From positions 24,163-88,162 of the forward strand of contig CAYYMZ010000001.1 in the NCBI GenBank assembly GCA_964473025.1: 64,000 bases of DNA, in the 5' to 3' direction. The translations under genes were made by a program, and so were the position numbers. This stretch comes from an uncultured Candidatus Saccharibacteria bacterium. GTDB lineage: Bacteria; Patescibacteriota; UBA1384; DTJR01. The notes under the pieces are model-generated. The model did no database searches. It worked only from the letters and a program-made list of their open reading frames with translations, and was not told the DNA's origin. This document shows positions 30,748-39,752 of the stretch, in pieces; the first letter of the stretch is position 1, and the number at the start of each line of letters is the position of its first letter.

Positions 30748-30822
30748 GCTCCCGTAGTTCAACGGATAGAATGTGGGCTTCCGGAGCCTATGATGTGGGT
30801 TCGATTCCCGCCGGGAGTACCA
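30748..30822 (+). tRNA. tRNA-Arg(CCG)
   Basis: Cloverleaf, loop TT-CCG-GA, GTTCGATTC, CCA end. Confidence 0.95.
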
Positions 30823-31023
30823 CTTCGCTAGGCTCAGTGTAAACTTAGAAAAGTGAAGGAAAGAAAGCTTGCTCTGAGGAGCAAAGCGACGATGAGCGCC
30901 CGTAGCTCCCTCCTTCAGACTCACCGTCAAATCTATTTCATAGTATTATGACGGTGTGTCTTACGGCGGGCAGGCAGCTGGATATTGGTCTGCTGACTAA
31001 TTGCCTGGGAGAATTTACAGTAT

Positions 31024-31099
31024 GTGCCTGTAGCTCAGTGGATAGAGCGCTGGTTTGCGGAACCAGAGGTCGGAGGTTCAAATCCTCCCAGGCATACCA
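31024..31099 (+). tRNA. tRNA-Arg(GCG)
   Basis: Cloverleaf, CTGGT-TTGCGGA-ACCAG anticodon arm, GTTCAAATC, CCA end. Confidence 0.95.
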
Positions 31100-31121
31100 T
31101 AAAAGATGTCGGCTGAAGTTT

Positions 31122-31190
31122 ATCCGTCTCTGGCGGAGAGCCGAATCAAACCCTGCCTGCCCCTCGTAGCCAAAGGCGAAGTGGGGTCGG
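31122..31190. repeat. REP-like palindromic elements after tRNA-Arg(GCG)
   Basis: ATCCGTCTCTGGCGGA and CCTGCCCCTCGTAGCCAAAGGCGAAGTGGGG; the second resembles the in-gene inserts. Confidence 0.6.
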
Positions 31191-31232
31191 GCGTACCATT
31201 CGACTTGAACCGGCAACTTGTTTTTGTAAAAG

Positions 31233-31267
31233 AAAGGGCCTTACCACGCGTGCGGTAAGGCCCTTTT
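31233..31267. terminator. Bidirectional intrinsic terminator
   Basis: AAAGGGCCTTACC-acgcgtgc-GGTAAGGCCCTTTT between convergent units. Confidence 0.75.
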
Positions 31268-31289
31268 GCTGTCCTGTCACGGTCTGCAC

Positions 31290-31532
31290 CTAGCAGACCG
31301 TCTCGGGGATATTGTCCGTGCCCTCCATGCACGGATCGCCGTCAGCCCTATGGTGCTTGAGCAGTCGCCAACTGAGAGCTTCATCTCCAGTGCAAGTGAG
31401 ATGATCCCCCACCGAGTCGAAGCCGCCGTGGTTTGCGGCTTGCTCGAGCTCCCGATCTTCCGCTCTTCGCAGCGGAAGGTCTGACTGATTGCAGAATCCA
31501 CAGGTTCCCTTCTTGCTTTCCGCTCCGGCCAT
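31290..31532 (-). CDS. Small Cys/His-rich hypothetical protein (GC-rich islet)
   Basis: SD AAGGAGG, CGFC motif, own promoter and terminator. Confidence 0.6.
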   Translation of the reverse strand: MAGAESKKGTCGFCNQSDLPLRRAEDRELEQAANHGGFDSVGDHLTCTGDEALSWRLLKHHRADGDPCMEGTDNIPETVC

Positions 31533-31572
31533 ATTATCACCCTCCTTGGTATTTGGACAAGCGAAACATCAA

Positions 31573-31601
31573 AGCATATCAAAAAATTTTACAATAGTCA
31601 A
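31573..31601 (-). promoter_or_regulatory. Sigma70 promoter
   Basis: TTGACT-17 nt-TATGCT with a TG extension. Confidence 0.6.
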
Positions 31602-31644
31602 TCGATATTCAGTTCTGCTATAATTAAATCGTACTTTTTTATTT

Positions 31645-31850
31645 GGTCGCAGATTCAGCAGATCCCGCGCCTATGTCTTTGACCCCTGTTGTAATGGGGA
31701 GGAGGCAAGCCAAGGCAGAGTGGGGCATACCCGGCCGGCTAGTTTCAAAACAAGGAGGGCTTTGCGAAAAGTTCAGTGTTGTTGTTTGTAAAAAAATCGT
31801 AAAAGCAAGAAGACACAATAAAAAAACAAAAAAACAAGACAAGAATCGAC
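31645..31850 (+). ncRNA. Candidate ~205-nt small RNA
   Basis: TGCTATAAT at 31616-31624; 5' GGTCG(CA)GATTC can pair with 3' GAATCGACC; no co-oriented gene downstream. Confidence 0.35.
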
Positions 31851-31890
31851 CCTTAATTCTTTATTCGATATTCGTTATTCTAAATTCTGC

Positions 31891-32490
31891 CTACTGTGCG
31901 TTCTCTATTTTAACCGAGGTCATTTTGTCGCCGACGGTGAGCTGTTTAGCAATATCCATGCCGGAGGTGACTTGGCCAAATAGGTTATAGGCCTTGGTCA
32001 GTTTGGTGGAATTATCAACGAGGTTAATAAAAAATTGTGAGCCGTTGGTATCGGGACCGGAGTTTGCCATCGCCACGGTGCCCTCGATGTATTCGCCTCG
32101 GACAGTTTCGTCTTTAAAACTATATCCAGGACCGCCGGTACCGTTTCCCTTCGGATCGCCGCCCTGAACAACGAATCCTTCTTCAACGCGGTGGAAAGTT
32201 AAACCGTCATAAAATCCTTTGTTTGCCAGATAAACGAAATTGCTAATTGTCAAAGGTGCCTTGTCGGCGGACAGGGCAATCTCGATTGTTCCTTTTGAGG
32301 TTTGAATAACCGCTTTTTTGTTTTGAATCTGCTCGTCGGCTAATTTACCCGGAAAACTATATTTGCCGGGCGTTGTACTCTCAATCACGTTTCCTCCTCC
32401 ATTAGTGTTTGTATTTTGCTCCGTTGTGCAACCGGTTAAACCGATTAAGGCAACAATAGCGGTTATGAATAAATAATGTGATTTTTTCAC
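31891..32490 (-). CDS. Cyclophilin-type peptidyl-prolyl isomerase, lipoprotein
   Basis: Lipobox LTGC; FYDGLTFHRV, QGGDP, AMANSG, NGSQFF. Confidence 0.92.
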   Translation of the reverse strand: MKKSHYLFITAIVALIGLTGCTTEQNTNTNGGGNVIESTTPGKYSFPGKLADEQIQNKKAVIQTSKGTIEIALSADKAPLTISNFVYLANKGFYDGLTFHRVEEGFVVQGGDPKGNGTGGPGYSFKDETVRGEYIEGTVAMANSGPDTNGSQFFINLVDNSTKLTKAYNLFGQVTSGMDIAKQLTVGDKMTSVKIENAQ

Positions 32491-32668
32491 GACTCTTTAT
32501 TATAAATATTTATTTTGTCGTGCCCTTCCGAAGGAGGGCAATGTATTGACCTCGCAATTTGTAATTCTCAACAGACAATACAAATACGTGGATAAATTGA
32601 TTTAACCATAAATATGATTTTTCGCAACATCTAATTTGTAGTAGAATAGAAAGTATAAAAATAATCAA

Positions 32669-32793
32669 GGCCCATAACACCGAACCTTACTGTCACCCCA
32701 ACACCCTTTGGTAAAAGGGTGTTGGGGATGACAAGTAGCGGCTGGTGTCAGGGCTTCCGGTCCATAACACCCTTTGTTAAAGGGTGTTGGGAC
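32669..32793. repeat. Cluster of CCCAACACCCTTT/AAAGGGTGTTGGG palindromes
   Basis: Hairpins at 32691-32733 and 32766-32788; the same motif recurs at 63284-63389. Confidence 0.8.
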
Positions 32794-32809
32794 ACGGAGC
32801 GGAGGAAAT

Positions 32810-33361
32810 ATGGAAATAGACGAGAAAACAAAAACACAAAGGAGAAATACGGTTATTTGGATCGTGGTTTTGTCGGTGGTTGTGTTGGCTCTGGCAGGAC
32901 TCTTGTATTGGCAGATACGCAATCTTAACGCATCAAAAAAACTGGCCAATGCCACCCCGACAGCAACGGCAACCGTCACCCAAACCGCGACTAAGACCGC
33001 AACTAAAACATCGACTGCAACGGTAACGAGCACCGCCGAAGATCGAACTCCCCAAGTCAGAACCGCGTCCGATGGTTTTCTTGGCGCCTATGTGGGAAGA
33101 AATTTGGCTGATGCCAAACCGTTTATGACCGATGGATTTTTCGCTTCTTGGACCCAAGAAGGTTTTGCCGGTGTTTCAAGTCCGGGGAGATTAAATTTCG
33201 AAGTTGTTGATATTTCAACCGGCGCTGGTCCCTGGCAGGTATTGGCCAAGGTCAATCTTCAGCTAAACGGTGAAGACGCCGGATATGAATCGTGGCGCCT
33301 CGATGTCGATTTGGTAGACGGTAAGTACCTCGTCAGTGCGATGAACGCTGCCTCGCTTTAA
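32810..33361 (+). CDS. Membrane-anchored protein with Thr/Ala-rich linker
   Basis: SD GGAGG, single TM, TATATVTQTATKTAT linker, globular C-domain. Confidence 0.7.
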   Translation: MEIDEKTKTQRRNTVIWIVVLSVVVLALAGLLYWQIRNLNASKKLANATPTATATVTQTATKTATKTSTATVTSTAEDRTPQVRTASDGFLGAYVGRNLADAKPFMTDGFFASWTQEGFAGVSSPGRLNFEVVDISTGAGPWQVLAKVNLQLNGEDAGYESWRLDVDLVDGKYLVSAMNAASL

Positions 33362-34049
33362 CCTTGTTCTCTTCGGCTAGAATTTCTTTTAGAGTTTTTG
33401 AAACCTCTTGATACATTTTGATGCGGTTGCGGATGACATCTACCGGATCGGGGGTTTTATTTTCTTTAATAACTTGCGACAGGCCCTCGAGGACGACAAT
33501 AGCGCGGCGCGTTTTTGGCACGCTGCGGGTAATCAGCAAATCGACGCCAAAACGGCTCTTTTTGATCTTATCCATTGGGGGTAAGAATTTCTTATAAATT
33601 GCTCTCTGTCCCGAAATTCCCGGCCAGACGCGGTTGGCAATTTTTGTAGAAGTATATTTGTGCCATTTTTTTAAACTAAAAACGCCAAGCGACAAATCGG
33701 CTTCGCGGCTAAAGATGACAGGGGAGAGAATCTTCAAAATATGTTCTTTTTTTAGCCCGACCAAATCAGAATCAAGAAAAAGCAGAAGATTGTTTTGCGC
33801 CGCGCGAATTCCACTACCCATCGCCGAACCCTTGCCTTGATTTTCCTTGTGACGGATTAAGCGGATGCGCTTGTCGTGAAAACTTAAAATAATCTCGGGC
33901 GTTTTGTCAGTTGACCCATCGTCAACGACAATAATCTCATCAACAAAGTCACAGTCGCCAAGAACTTTCAAAACCCGCCCAATGTTCCTTGACTCGTTGT
34001 AGGCGGGGACAATGGCCGATACTTTTTCTTCAATTTTAATCATATCCAA
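33333..34049 (-). CDS. Glycosyltransferase family 2
   Basis: VPAYNE, VDDGSTD, FLDSD, SGQRA. Confidence 0.88.
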   Translation of the reverse strand: MDMIKIEEKVSAIVPAYNESRNIGRVLKVLGDCDFVDEIIVVDDGSTDKTPEIILSFHDKRIRLIRHKENQGKGSAMGSGIRAAQNNLLLFLDSDLVGLKKEHILKILSPVIFSREADLSLGVFSLKKWHKYTSTKIANRVWPGISGQRAIYKKFLPPMDKIKKSRFGVDLLITRSVPKTRRAIVVLEGLSQVIKENKTPDPVDVIRNRIKMYQEVSKTLKEILAEENKVKARQRSSH

Positions 34050-34099
34050 ACACTCCGCTTTGTTTATAGCAGATTTTAAATCAATTTACAGCTGGAGGT

Positions 34100-34444
34100 T
34101 TAGATATTGAAGCTAGAGCCAAACTTGCCGATGACAGGAAGCTCGACTTCCTTGCCGCCTGCGGCGTTGACTATGCCCATGATAAAGAGAATCAAGAGCA
34201 ATATCCAAGCGATTCCCCCGATCATCCAACCAATAACAGGGATAGCGGTGATAACACCGACGATCAGATAGGTAATCAAGAGGACTAATCCTTGCTTGAT
34301 GTGAAACTTAACGAAAGGATCATTCTTTGCATCCGTTAAAAACGGAATCAAAACTAAAATGCCGAAATAACATAAAATTGCCATTCCGGTATTTTTTTGT
34401 CCCCCCGACGATGGCGCTGGTGATGGTTTTTCTTCTTCAGCCAT
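34100..34444 (-). CDS. DUF4870-family membrane protein
   Basis: AILCY, FVKFHIKQG, LPVIG. Confidence 0.8.
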   Translation of the reverse strand: MAEEEKPSPAPSSGGQKNTGMAILCYFGILVLIPFLTDAKNDPFVKFHIKQGLVLLITYLIVGVITAIPVIGWMIGGIAWILLLILFIMGIVNAAGGKEVELPVIGKFGSSFNI

Positions 34445-34705
34445 TTAGCCTCCAAACTTAATTATTTTTATTTTCGACCAAACTCTCTTATTTAATGATA
34501 GCGGATTTGCACTCTAATTCAACCCGGTAGTAGAAAATCGACAGCCTTCCGGCTAGACGTAAACACCTCCTTGAGTTGGAAATGTAAACAAGCGATTATT
34601 TCACGATTTCATTTTACAAAAATTAAGTCGATTTTTCACTATCCGGGTCAATAAGTGGCGTCGATCCGCTCCTCTTAATTTAAGAGAAAGCCCCAACGTC
34701 CCTGA

Positions 34706-35233
34706 TTAGGGGACATCGGGGCGGAGAGGCCGCATCTTGCGGATATCGAGACAGTCGGGTGTCTCTACCTCTGGGTCGAGGGCCCTGGCGTATTCCTTCG
34801 CATCGGCGTGCCTGACGAAGAAATAGTGGTTACCATCTTCGTTTACCGGTGTGGCAACCCTCTCGTTCATGTAGACGCCAAACGAGCCATCTAGGGAACG
34901 GGTCAGGACTTGTGCATTGAGCAGAGCCCGGTTTACATTACGCAGATCTTCTTTAGTACCACACTTGAGCAACTGCACGTAGTTTTCCCAGTCAACCCAG
35001 ACAGCGCCCGAGTGGATTAGGTAGATCTTCTTCTTGGTACGTTTGCAGTAGCTGTGGTTTCGGAATCTGGCGATGCCTCTGCTTTCAGTGCAACGCGGAC
35101 ATTTCTCTCCGGACGCTACTCGGAATTCAACATCTCTGAGGTAGAAGATAATGATTTCCTCAAACGGTCCTGTTGCCCCGCAGATGGGGCACGAGAGTGA
35201 AGACGGAGCGTTTTTGATTTCTCCGATTGTCAT
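34706..35233 (-). CDS. Hypothetical protein with CxxC pairs (GC-enriched islet)
   Basis: CPIC and CPRC; promoter-like TTGCGT-17-TAATTT upstream; start placed at MTIG. Confidence 0.55.
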   Translation of the reverse strand: MTIGEIKNAPSSLSCPICGATGPFEEIIIFYLRDVEFRVASGEKCPRCTESRGIARFRNHSYCKRTKKKIYLIHSGAVWVDWENYVQLLKCGTKEDLRNVNRALLNAQVLTRSLDGSFGVYMNERVATPVNEDGNHYFFVRHADAKEYARALDPEVETPDCLDIRKMRPLRPDVP

Positions 35234-35320
35234 CCTGTACCCATCCTTTCGAGTTTCGAGCGTTAGGTGACACCGAACTAAAATTATCAAAGCGAACTTA
35301 CAAACGCAATAAAAAACTTC

Positions 35321-35965
35321 TTAATAGCGGTTAGGGGGGGTACCTTCGAAGTCGGGCTTACTCTGATCTTCTGGCGGTTCGGGAGTTTTTTCTTCCCTTT
35401 TTGGCTTCAATGTTTCAAAATCATCAACGAGTTCGCCAAATTCCTGAGGTAAATCAACAGTGCACTCGCGGACCGTCATTTGCGGTGCTTTGAATCCCTC
35501 GGGGCCGGTTTCGGACAGCCCAACTCTCCGTTTCGGGTCAATTTTTCCATCCTTGTATCTATAGTGGTAAAACGTTTCGGTCAGTCCGGCATCAGAGAGA
35601 TGCTGTTCAAGCTTAATATGTCCGGCTGTGTCGTAATTAGTAACGTGAGTGTCGCCGTTTGCACCGACGACAACGGTTCTAAATAATCTTGCCCGATCCG
35701 GGTAGTCAAGAACGAGAAAGCGGGAAACGTGCCCACCGTCTTCCAAATCGTGGCGCACACCGATGAGATGTCTCAGTTTGTCGTATTTTTTATATCCCTC
35801 CCACTGATAACGGTCGTCAAGCTCAAAATCATGTCTGATGTGGACTTTTGGCTTTCCCTCTTCGATAATTGGTTTGCCCTCTTTATCTACAAATCGAACC
35901 GTCTCAAAGGCGTTTTCAGGGAGGGGTCCTTTGCAAACTTTAAATTCCTCTTTCTTTTCTTCCAT
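35321..35965 (-). CDS. Hypothetical protein
   Basis: 214 aa charged ORF; no motif recognised. Confidence 0.6.
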   Translation of the reverse strand: MEEKKEEFKVCKGPLPENAFETVRFVDKEGKPIIEEGKPKVHIRHDFELDDRYQWEGYKKYDKLRHLIGVRHDLEDGGHVSRFLVLDYPDRARLFRTVVVGANGDTHVTNYDTAGHIKLEQHLSDAGLTETFYHYRYKDGKIDPKRRVGLSETGPEGFKAPQMTVRECTVDLPQEFGELVDDFETLKPKREEKTPEPPEDQSKPDFEGTPPNRY

Positions 35966-36119
35966 GTTTTAATCTTAGCGAAAATTTAAAATGTGGCAAA
36001 TTAAAATTGCCCAAAAGGGCAATTTCATGGCGGAGCTTCGAGATGCGGCACCCGAGAATATTTTCTGGCATATTATTTTGCGCTCGTCTTTAAAGAATTA
36101 CGCATATTGTTCAAGCCAA

Positions 36120-38849
36120 TTATTGCTTTAAAATCTCTCCCAAACGCCTGATGACCTCACCGTAGCGCGTCCAATCGCCGTCCTTTTGCGCTTGGAGGGC
36201 CTCTTCATACGCCGCCAGTGCTTTTTGTATACGCTCTTGAATATTTTGAGACGGGATCACTTGCGGTTTTGCCACCACGCCTTCTTGCGGTTCTGCTCCC
36301 GTTCTTTCATCACCAAAAATTTTAGACAGCCCCTGTTCCAGCGTCTCTTCCATGGCAATTTTATTTCCATACGCCACAATTACCCGTTTGAGCTCCGGAA
36401 TTTTACCGGCTTCGGCCTTAAGATAAAGCGGGCGCACATACAAAAGCGACTCTTCAATCGGAATAACCAACAGCGGGCCCTGAATTACCTGCGACCCGCC
36501 CTGACTCCAGAGCGTGATTTGCTGACTAATTTCGGGGTCTTGATTAATTCTGCCAATAACTTGCTTGGGTCCAAATACCAGCTTGTCTTTAGGAAAACGA
36601 TAGGCTAATAACTTGCCGTAGTTTTCTCCATCGTTGCGAGCAACCATCCAGGCGGACAAGTTGTCTTTTGCCCGGGGAGTAAATGGCAGCATCAAAATAT
36701 ATTCTTCTTGTTTCTCTTCCGGCAACTTCATAATGATGTGGCGCGGTTGCATTGATGAAACCCCGCCCGCGCGAGCTTCCCCCTCTCCTTCTGCAGCAAT
36801 AGCCGGAATTTCCCACTGGTCTTCTTTATTATAAAAAATCTGTGGATCATCCATGTGGTAGACCAAATACGCGGCGGTCTGCAGGGTAAAGATATCCTCC
36901 GGATAACGCAAATGAGAAACCAGGCTCTTGGGAATCTCTGACATCGGCCGGAATGTCCCGGGAAAAATTTTGCTATATGTTTTTATAATCGGATCCTCTG
37001 CATCCGCCTGATAAAAAACGACACTGCCATCATAAGCATCAACCACCACTTTTACCGAGTTTCTAATATAGTTTATATTACTGCCGTTTAACCGCGTAGG
37101 TTGCGAGTAAGGATAACGATCGCTGGTGGTATAGGCGTCGGCGATCCAATACACTTTGCCGTCGGCAATGACACTGTAGGGGTCTTTGTCAAAAGTCAAA
37201 AACGGCGCAATCTTGGCAATTCTTTCAGCAATATTACGCTGGTACATAATACGGCTCTCGTTCGTTATGTCGTTGGACAAAAGTATTTTAAGCGATTTAA
37301 ATTTCAAGGCGTAAAAGACGCGCCGCGCAAGTGAGTTTATTTCCACTCCGCCCTTGCCCTCATATGTTGCGTAGACATTTTCTTCGCCCTTGGGGTAGTC
37401 AAACTCGCGGGATTTTGTTTTAGTGATGACATAATCGTTAGTCAGCTCGCCGAAGTAGATTTCCGGGCGCGAAATTTCAAGCTCTTTGACATCCGATTTG
37501 GGCGGCAAGTCCTTCACAAACAAGACCGGCAATCCTTCCGGGGTAACTTGATTGACGGGCCCGGCCGCCATGCCGTATCCATGCGTAAATGTCAGCCGTT
37601 CATTAATCCAATTCCTATTTGGCAAACTGGCCGAAGCCAGTTCGCGCGGAGAGAGCATGATCTGGCGAATTTCTCCGTCTATGATATAGCGGTCATTGTC
37701 AACTTCGGCAAACTCGTAATATGTTCTGATTTCTTGTACCTGGGAAAAAGTCGACAAGAGTGGTTTCCTGTCCCAAAGCCGCACATTTTTAACCGTCAGA
37801 TTATTGTTTGCAATATCAGCCGCGGTAATTGGCTTGTCTCCCGAGATTTCTCGCTCTTCAATTTTGTCAAGCGCAAACGCCTGACGAGTAGCGGCAATAT
37901 TATGCTTAATGAACGGAGTCTCTTTTACCAGTTCATTAGGGGCAACCGCCAGTTTTTGGACAAAGAACGGAATCATCGCTCCGGCGAGTCCCACAATAAT
38001 GTAAAGAGAAATTGCTCCGATAAGCGGCGATAATTTTCCTTTCCAGGCCCAAAAGATGGCCGAAACTGCCGCAAGCGCAGCGGCGGCCATTGAGATCCAA
38101 AGCATGAATATTCTGACGGTTGCATCAGTGTATGTTGCGCCAAACACTAAACCGCCCTGGCTCGTCAGCAGCGTAAAGCGGGAGATGTAGATTCCGACGA
38201 CAATGATGGCCAGAAAAATGGCGAGCAGGATACCAAGATGGATTCGCGCTGCGCGGTCTATTCGCATTTGTTTAAATGATCGCAAGCTTGCGATATGAAA
38301 GCTACCGCGTAAAAAATATATGATCGCGCAGCCGGCAAGTGATAACAGAACGAGAAACTTTACCAGCCCTAATCCTGTTTGGAAGACCGGAAGAGAAAAA
38401 ATATAAAATCCGATATCCTTATTAAAGATGGGATCTGCCGCGCCAAAAGCCGTCCCTGAAATAAATTTCAATACCTCCTGCCAATTAGCCGCCGCTATAA
38501 GTCCGAAAAAAAGCGCGACTACCAAACTCAGCATAACGGCAAATTTCTTAACGACGCGACTGTCCACATTTACCAACTGACCGACTAAAGCTTGCGGTAA
38601 AACTGCTGTCCAGGAGATTTTTGAGCGGATCGCCAAAGAGAAGTTGACGAGCAAAAAACCGCCGACGGAAACTCCTGCCGCTGAAAACAAGATTATTCTA
38701 GTAACCAGGGACTTAATAAAGATTTGAGTGTGGCCAACCTCGGAAAACCACCACCAGTCAGTAACAAAAGCGACAATGCTTGAAAGAAAAACAAAAATAA
38801 CGAAAAACGTGATAATAACGGAAAGTTTTGTTGTTTTAAATCTATTCAT
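36120..38849 (-). CDS. UPF0182 family membrane protein
   Basis: TDWWWF, DPIFNKDIGFYIF, NVRLWD, THGYG, NYIRNSVK, HLRYPEDIF; start placed at MNRF. Confidence 0.9.
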   Translation of the reverse strand: MNRFKTTKLSVIITFFVIFVFLSSIVAFVTDWWWFSEVGHTQIFIKSLVTRIILFSAAGVSVGGFLLVNFSLAIRSKISWTAVLPQALVGQLVNVDSRVVKKFAVMLSLVVALFFGLIAAANWQEVLKFISGTAFGAADPIFNKDIGFYIFSLPVFQTGLGLVKFLVLLSLAGCAIIYFLRGSFHIASLRSFKQMRIDRAARIHLGILLAIFLAIIVVGIYISRFTLLTSQGGLVFGATYTDATVRIFMLWISMAAAALAAVSAIFWAWKGKLSPLIGAISLYIIVGLAGAMIPFFVQKLAVAPNELVKETPFIKHNIAATRQAFALDKIEEREISGDKPITAADIANNNLTVKNVRLWDRKPLLSTFSQVQEIRTYYEFAEVDNDRYIIDGEIRQIMLSPRELASASLPNRNWINERLTFTHGYGMAAGPVNQVTPEGLPVLFVKDLPPKSDVKELEISRPEIYFGELTNDYVITKTKSREFDYPKGEENVYATYEGKGGVEINSLARRVFYALKFKSLKILLSNDITNESRIMYQRNIAERIAKIAPFLTFDKDPYSVIADGKVYWIADAYTTSDRYPYSQPTRLNGSNINYIRNSVKVVVDAYDGSVVFYQADAEDPIIKTYSKIFPGTFRPMSEIPKSLVSHLRYPEDIFTLQTAAYLVYHMDDPQIFYNKEDQWEIPAIAAEGEGEARAGGVSSMQPRHIIMKLPEEKQEEYILMLPFTPRAKDNLSAWMVARNDGENYGKLLAYRFPKDKLVFGPKQVIGRINQDPEISQQITLWSQGGSQVIQGPLLVIPIEESLLYVRPLYLKAEAGKIPELKRVIVAYGNKIAMEETLEQGLSKIFGDERTGAEPQEGVVAKPQVIPSQNIQERIQKALAAYEEALQAQKDGDWTRYGEVIRRLGEILKQ

Positions 38850-38904
38850 TATAACATCAACTTGAATGTAACAGCTTTTTTTTAAGTTGCAAACTTCAAA
38901 ATTC

Positions 38905-39219
38905 TTAAAAGTCCAGAGCAAAAGAGAACCGTCCCCATTTTTCAAATGCCGGACGCCCGCCGAAATAGCAAATACAGTATGGAACAAGCGAACCGAGGGT
39001 CAAGCCCAGCGCCACGGGAAGCGCGACTTGTAAAATGGCCCGATTCGCTGCTTCCGCTAGTTCTACTTGAGGGGAGAGTAAGAAAAACCCGGCCGCCATT
39101 GGCACAATCGGAGACGGTATAAAGAATACGATCTCTTCAAGGGGCGCGGCGGCAAAAACACCCGCCGGTCCGCCGCCGGAAATTATTGATTGTGTAACTT
39201 GTATAAGTTTTTCTAACAT
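38905..39219 (-). pseudogene. Truncated DedA-family gene (N-terminal half only)
   Basis: EEIVFFIPSPIV...GGRPAFEKWGRF resembles the N-half of the intact DedA at 58608, then stops before the GR-motif half. Confidence 0.7.
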
Positions 39220-39686
39220 AAAGTGTGGTTTTTATTTTTTCTTTTCTTTGCTTCCAGCGCGCGGATTTCTTTTTCATCAAAACCCAGATGGTGGCCGACT
39301 TCATGCCATACTACCTCATATATCAATTTTTTCAACTTCTTTTCATCACCACCGGCTAATTCTTCTATCGGTTGCTGAAAGATAGTGATTTTGTCTGGCA
39401 GGACGCCGAAATAATTTGAACCTCGTTCTGTTTTCGGGATGCCTTCATAAAGACCGAGCAGTACTTCATTCATTTTAATCATATTAATATTAACTTCCTT
39501 GGCTTTCTTGCCTGCCCGCCGAAGCCTTAGCGAAGGAGGGCGGCGCACTTCTCTCTCCACAACAAACGCAACATTATCCATTGCTTGCCTTCCGTGCACT
39601 GGTAGTGCCGAAATGGCTCCGCGGATTAATTGTTCAAAGTCGTTTTTCTTCACCCCGTTAGAAATTTTCTGTTTTTGTAATTTCAT
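39213..39686 (-). CDS. Zincin_1-like metallopeptidase
   Basis: LLGLYEG, PDKITIFQ, HEVGHHLG. Confidence 0.88.
   Translation of the reverse strand: MKLQKQKISNGVKKNDFEQLIRGAISALPVHGRQAMDNVAFVVEREVRRPPSLRLRRAGKKAKEVNINMIKMNEVLLGLYEGIPKTERGSNYFGVLPDKITIFQQPIEELAGGDEKKLKKLIYEVVWHEVGHHLGFDEKEIRALEAKKRKNKNHTLC
39511..39543. repeat. Palindromic element inserted in frame in the zincin gene
   Basis: CCTGCCCGCCGAAGCCTTAGCGAAGGAGGGCGG, encoding PPSLRLRRAG. Confidence 0.7.
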
Positions 39687-39752
39687 AGATATTTCTTTAG
39701 TAAAATGTTTTTTATTCTCCCGCGAAATTAATAATAAGATTTCTAACGGGGT
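39652..39752. repeat. 101-bp segment bounded by perfect 14-bp inverted repeats
   Basis: ACCCCGTTAGAAAT (39652-39665) and ATTTCTAACGGGGT (39739-39752). Confidence 0.85.

Noticed and set aside
31128-31140. 13-bp match to the tRNA-Ser(GCT) 3' end as an att site
   Set aside because: Lies upstream of the tRNA and is explained by the TCCGTCTCTGGCGGA palindrome
32950-33035. Thr/Ala repeats as a DNA repeat element
   Set aside because: Low-complexity protein linker with varied codons
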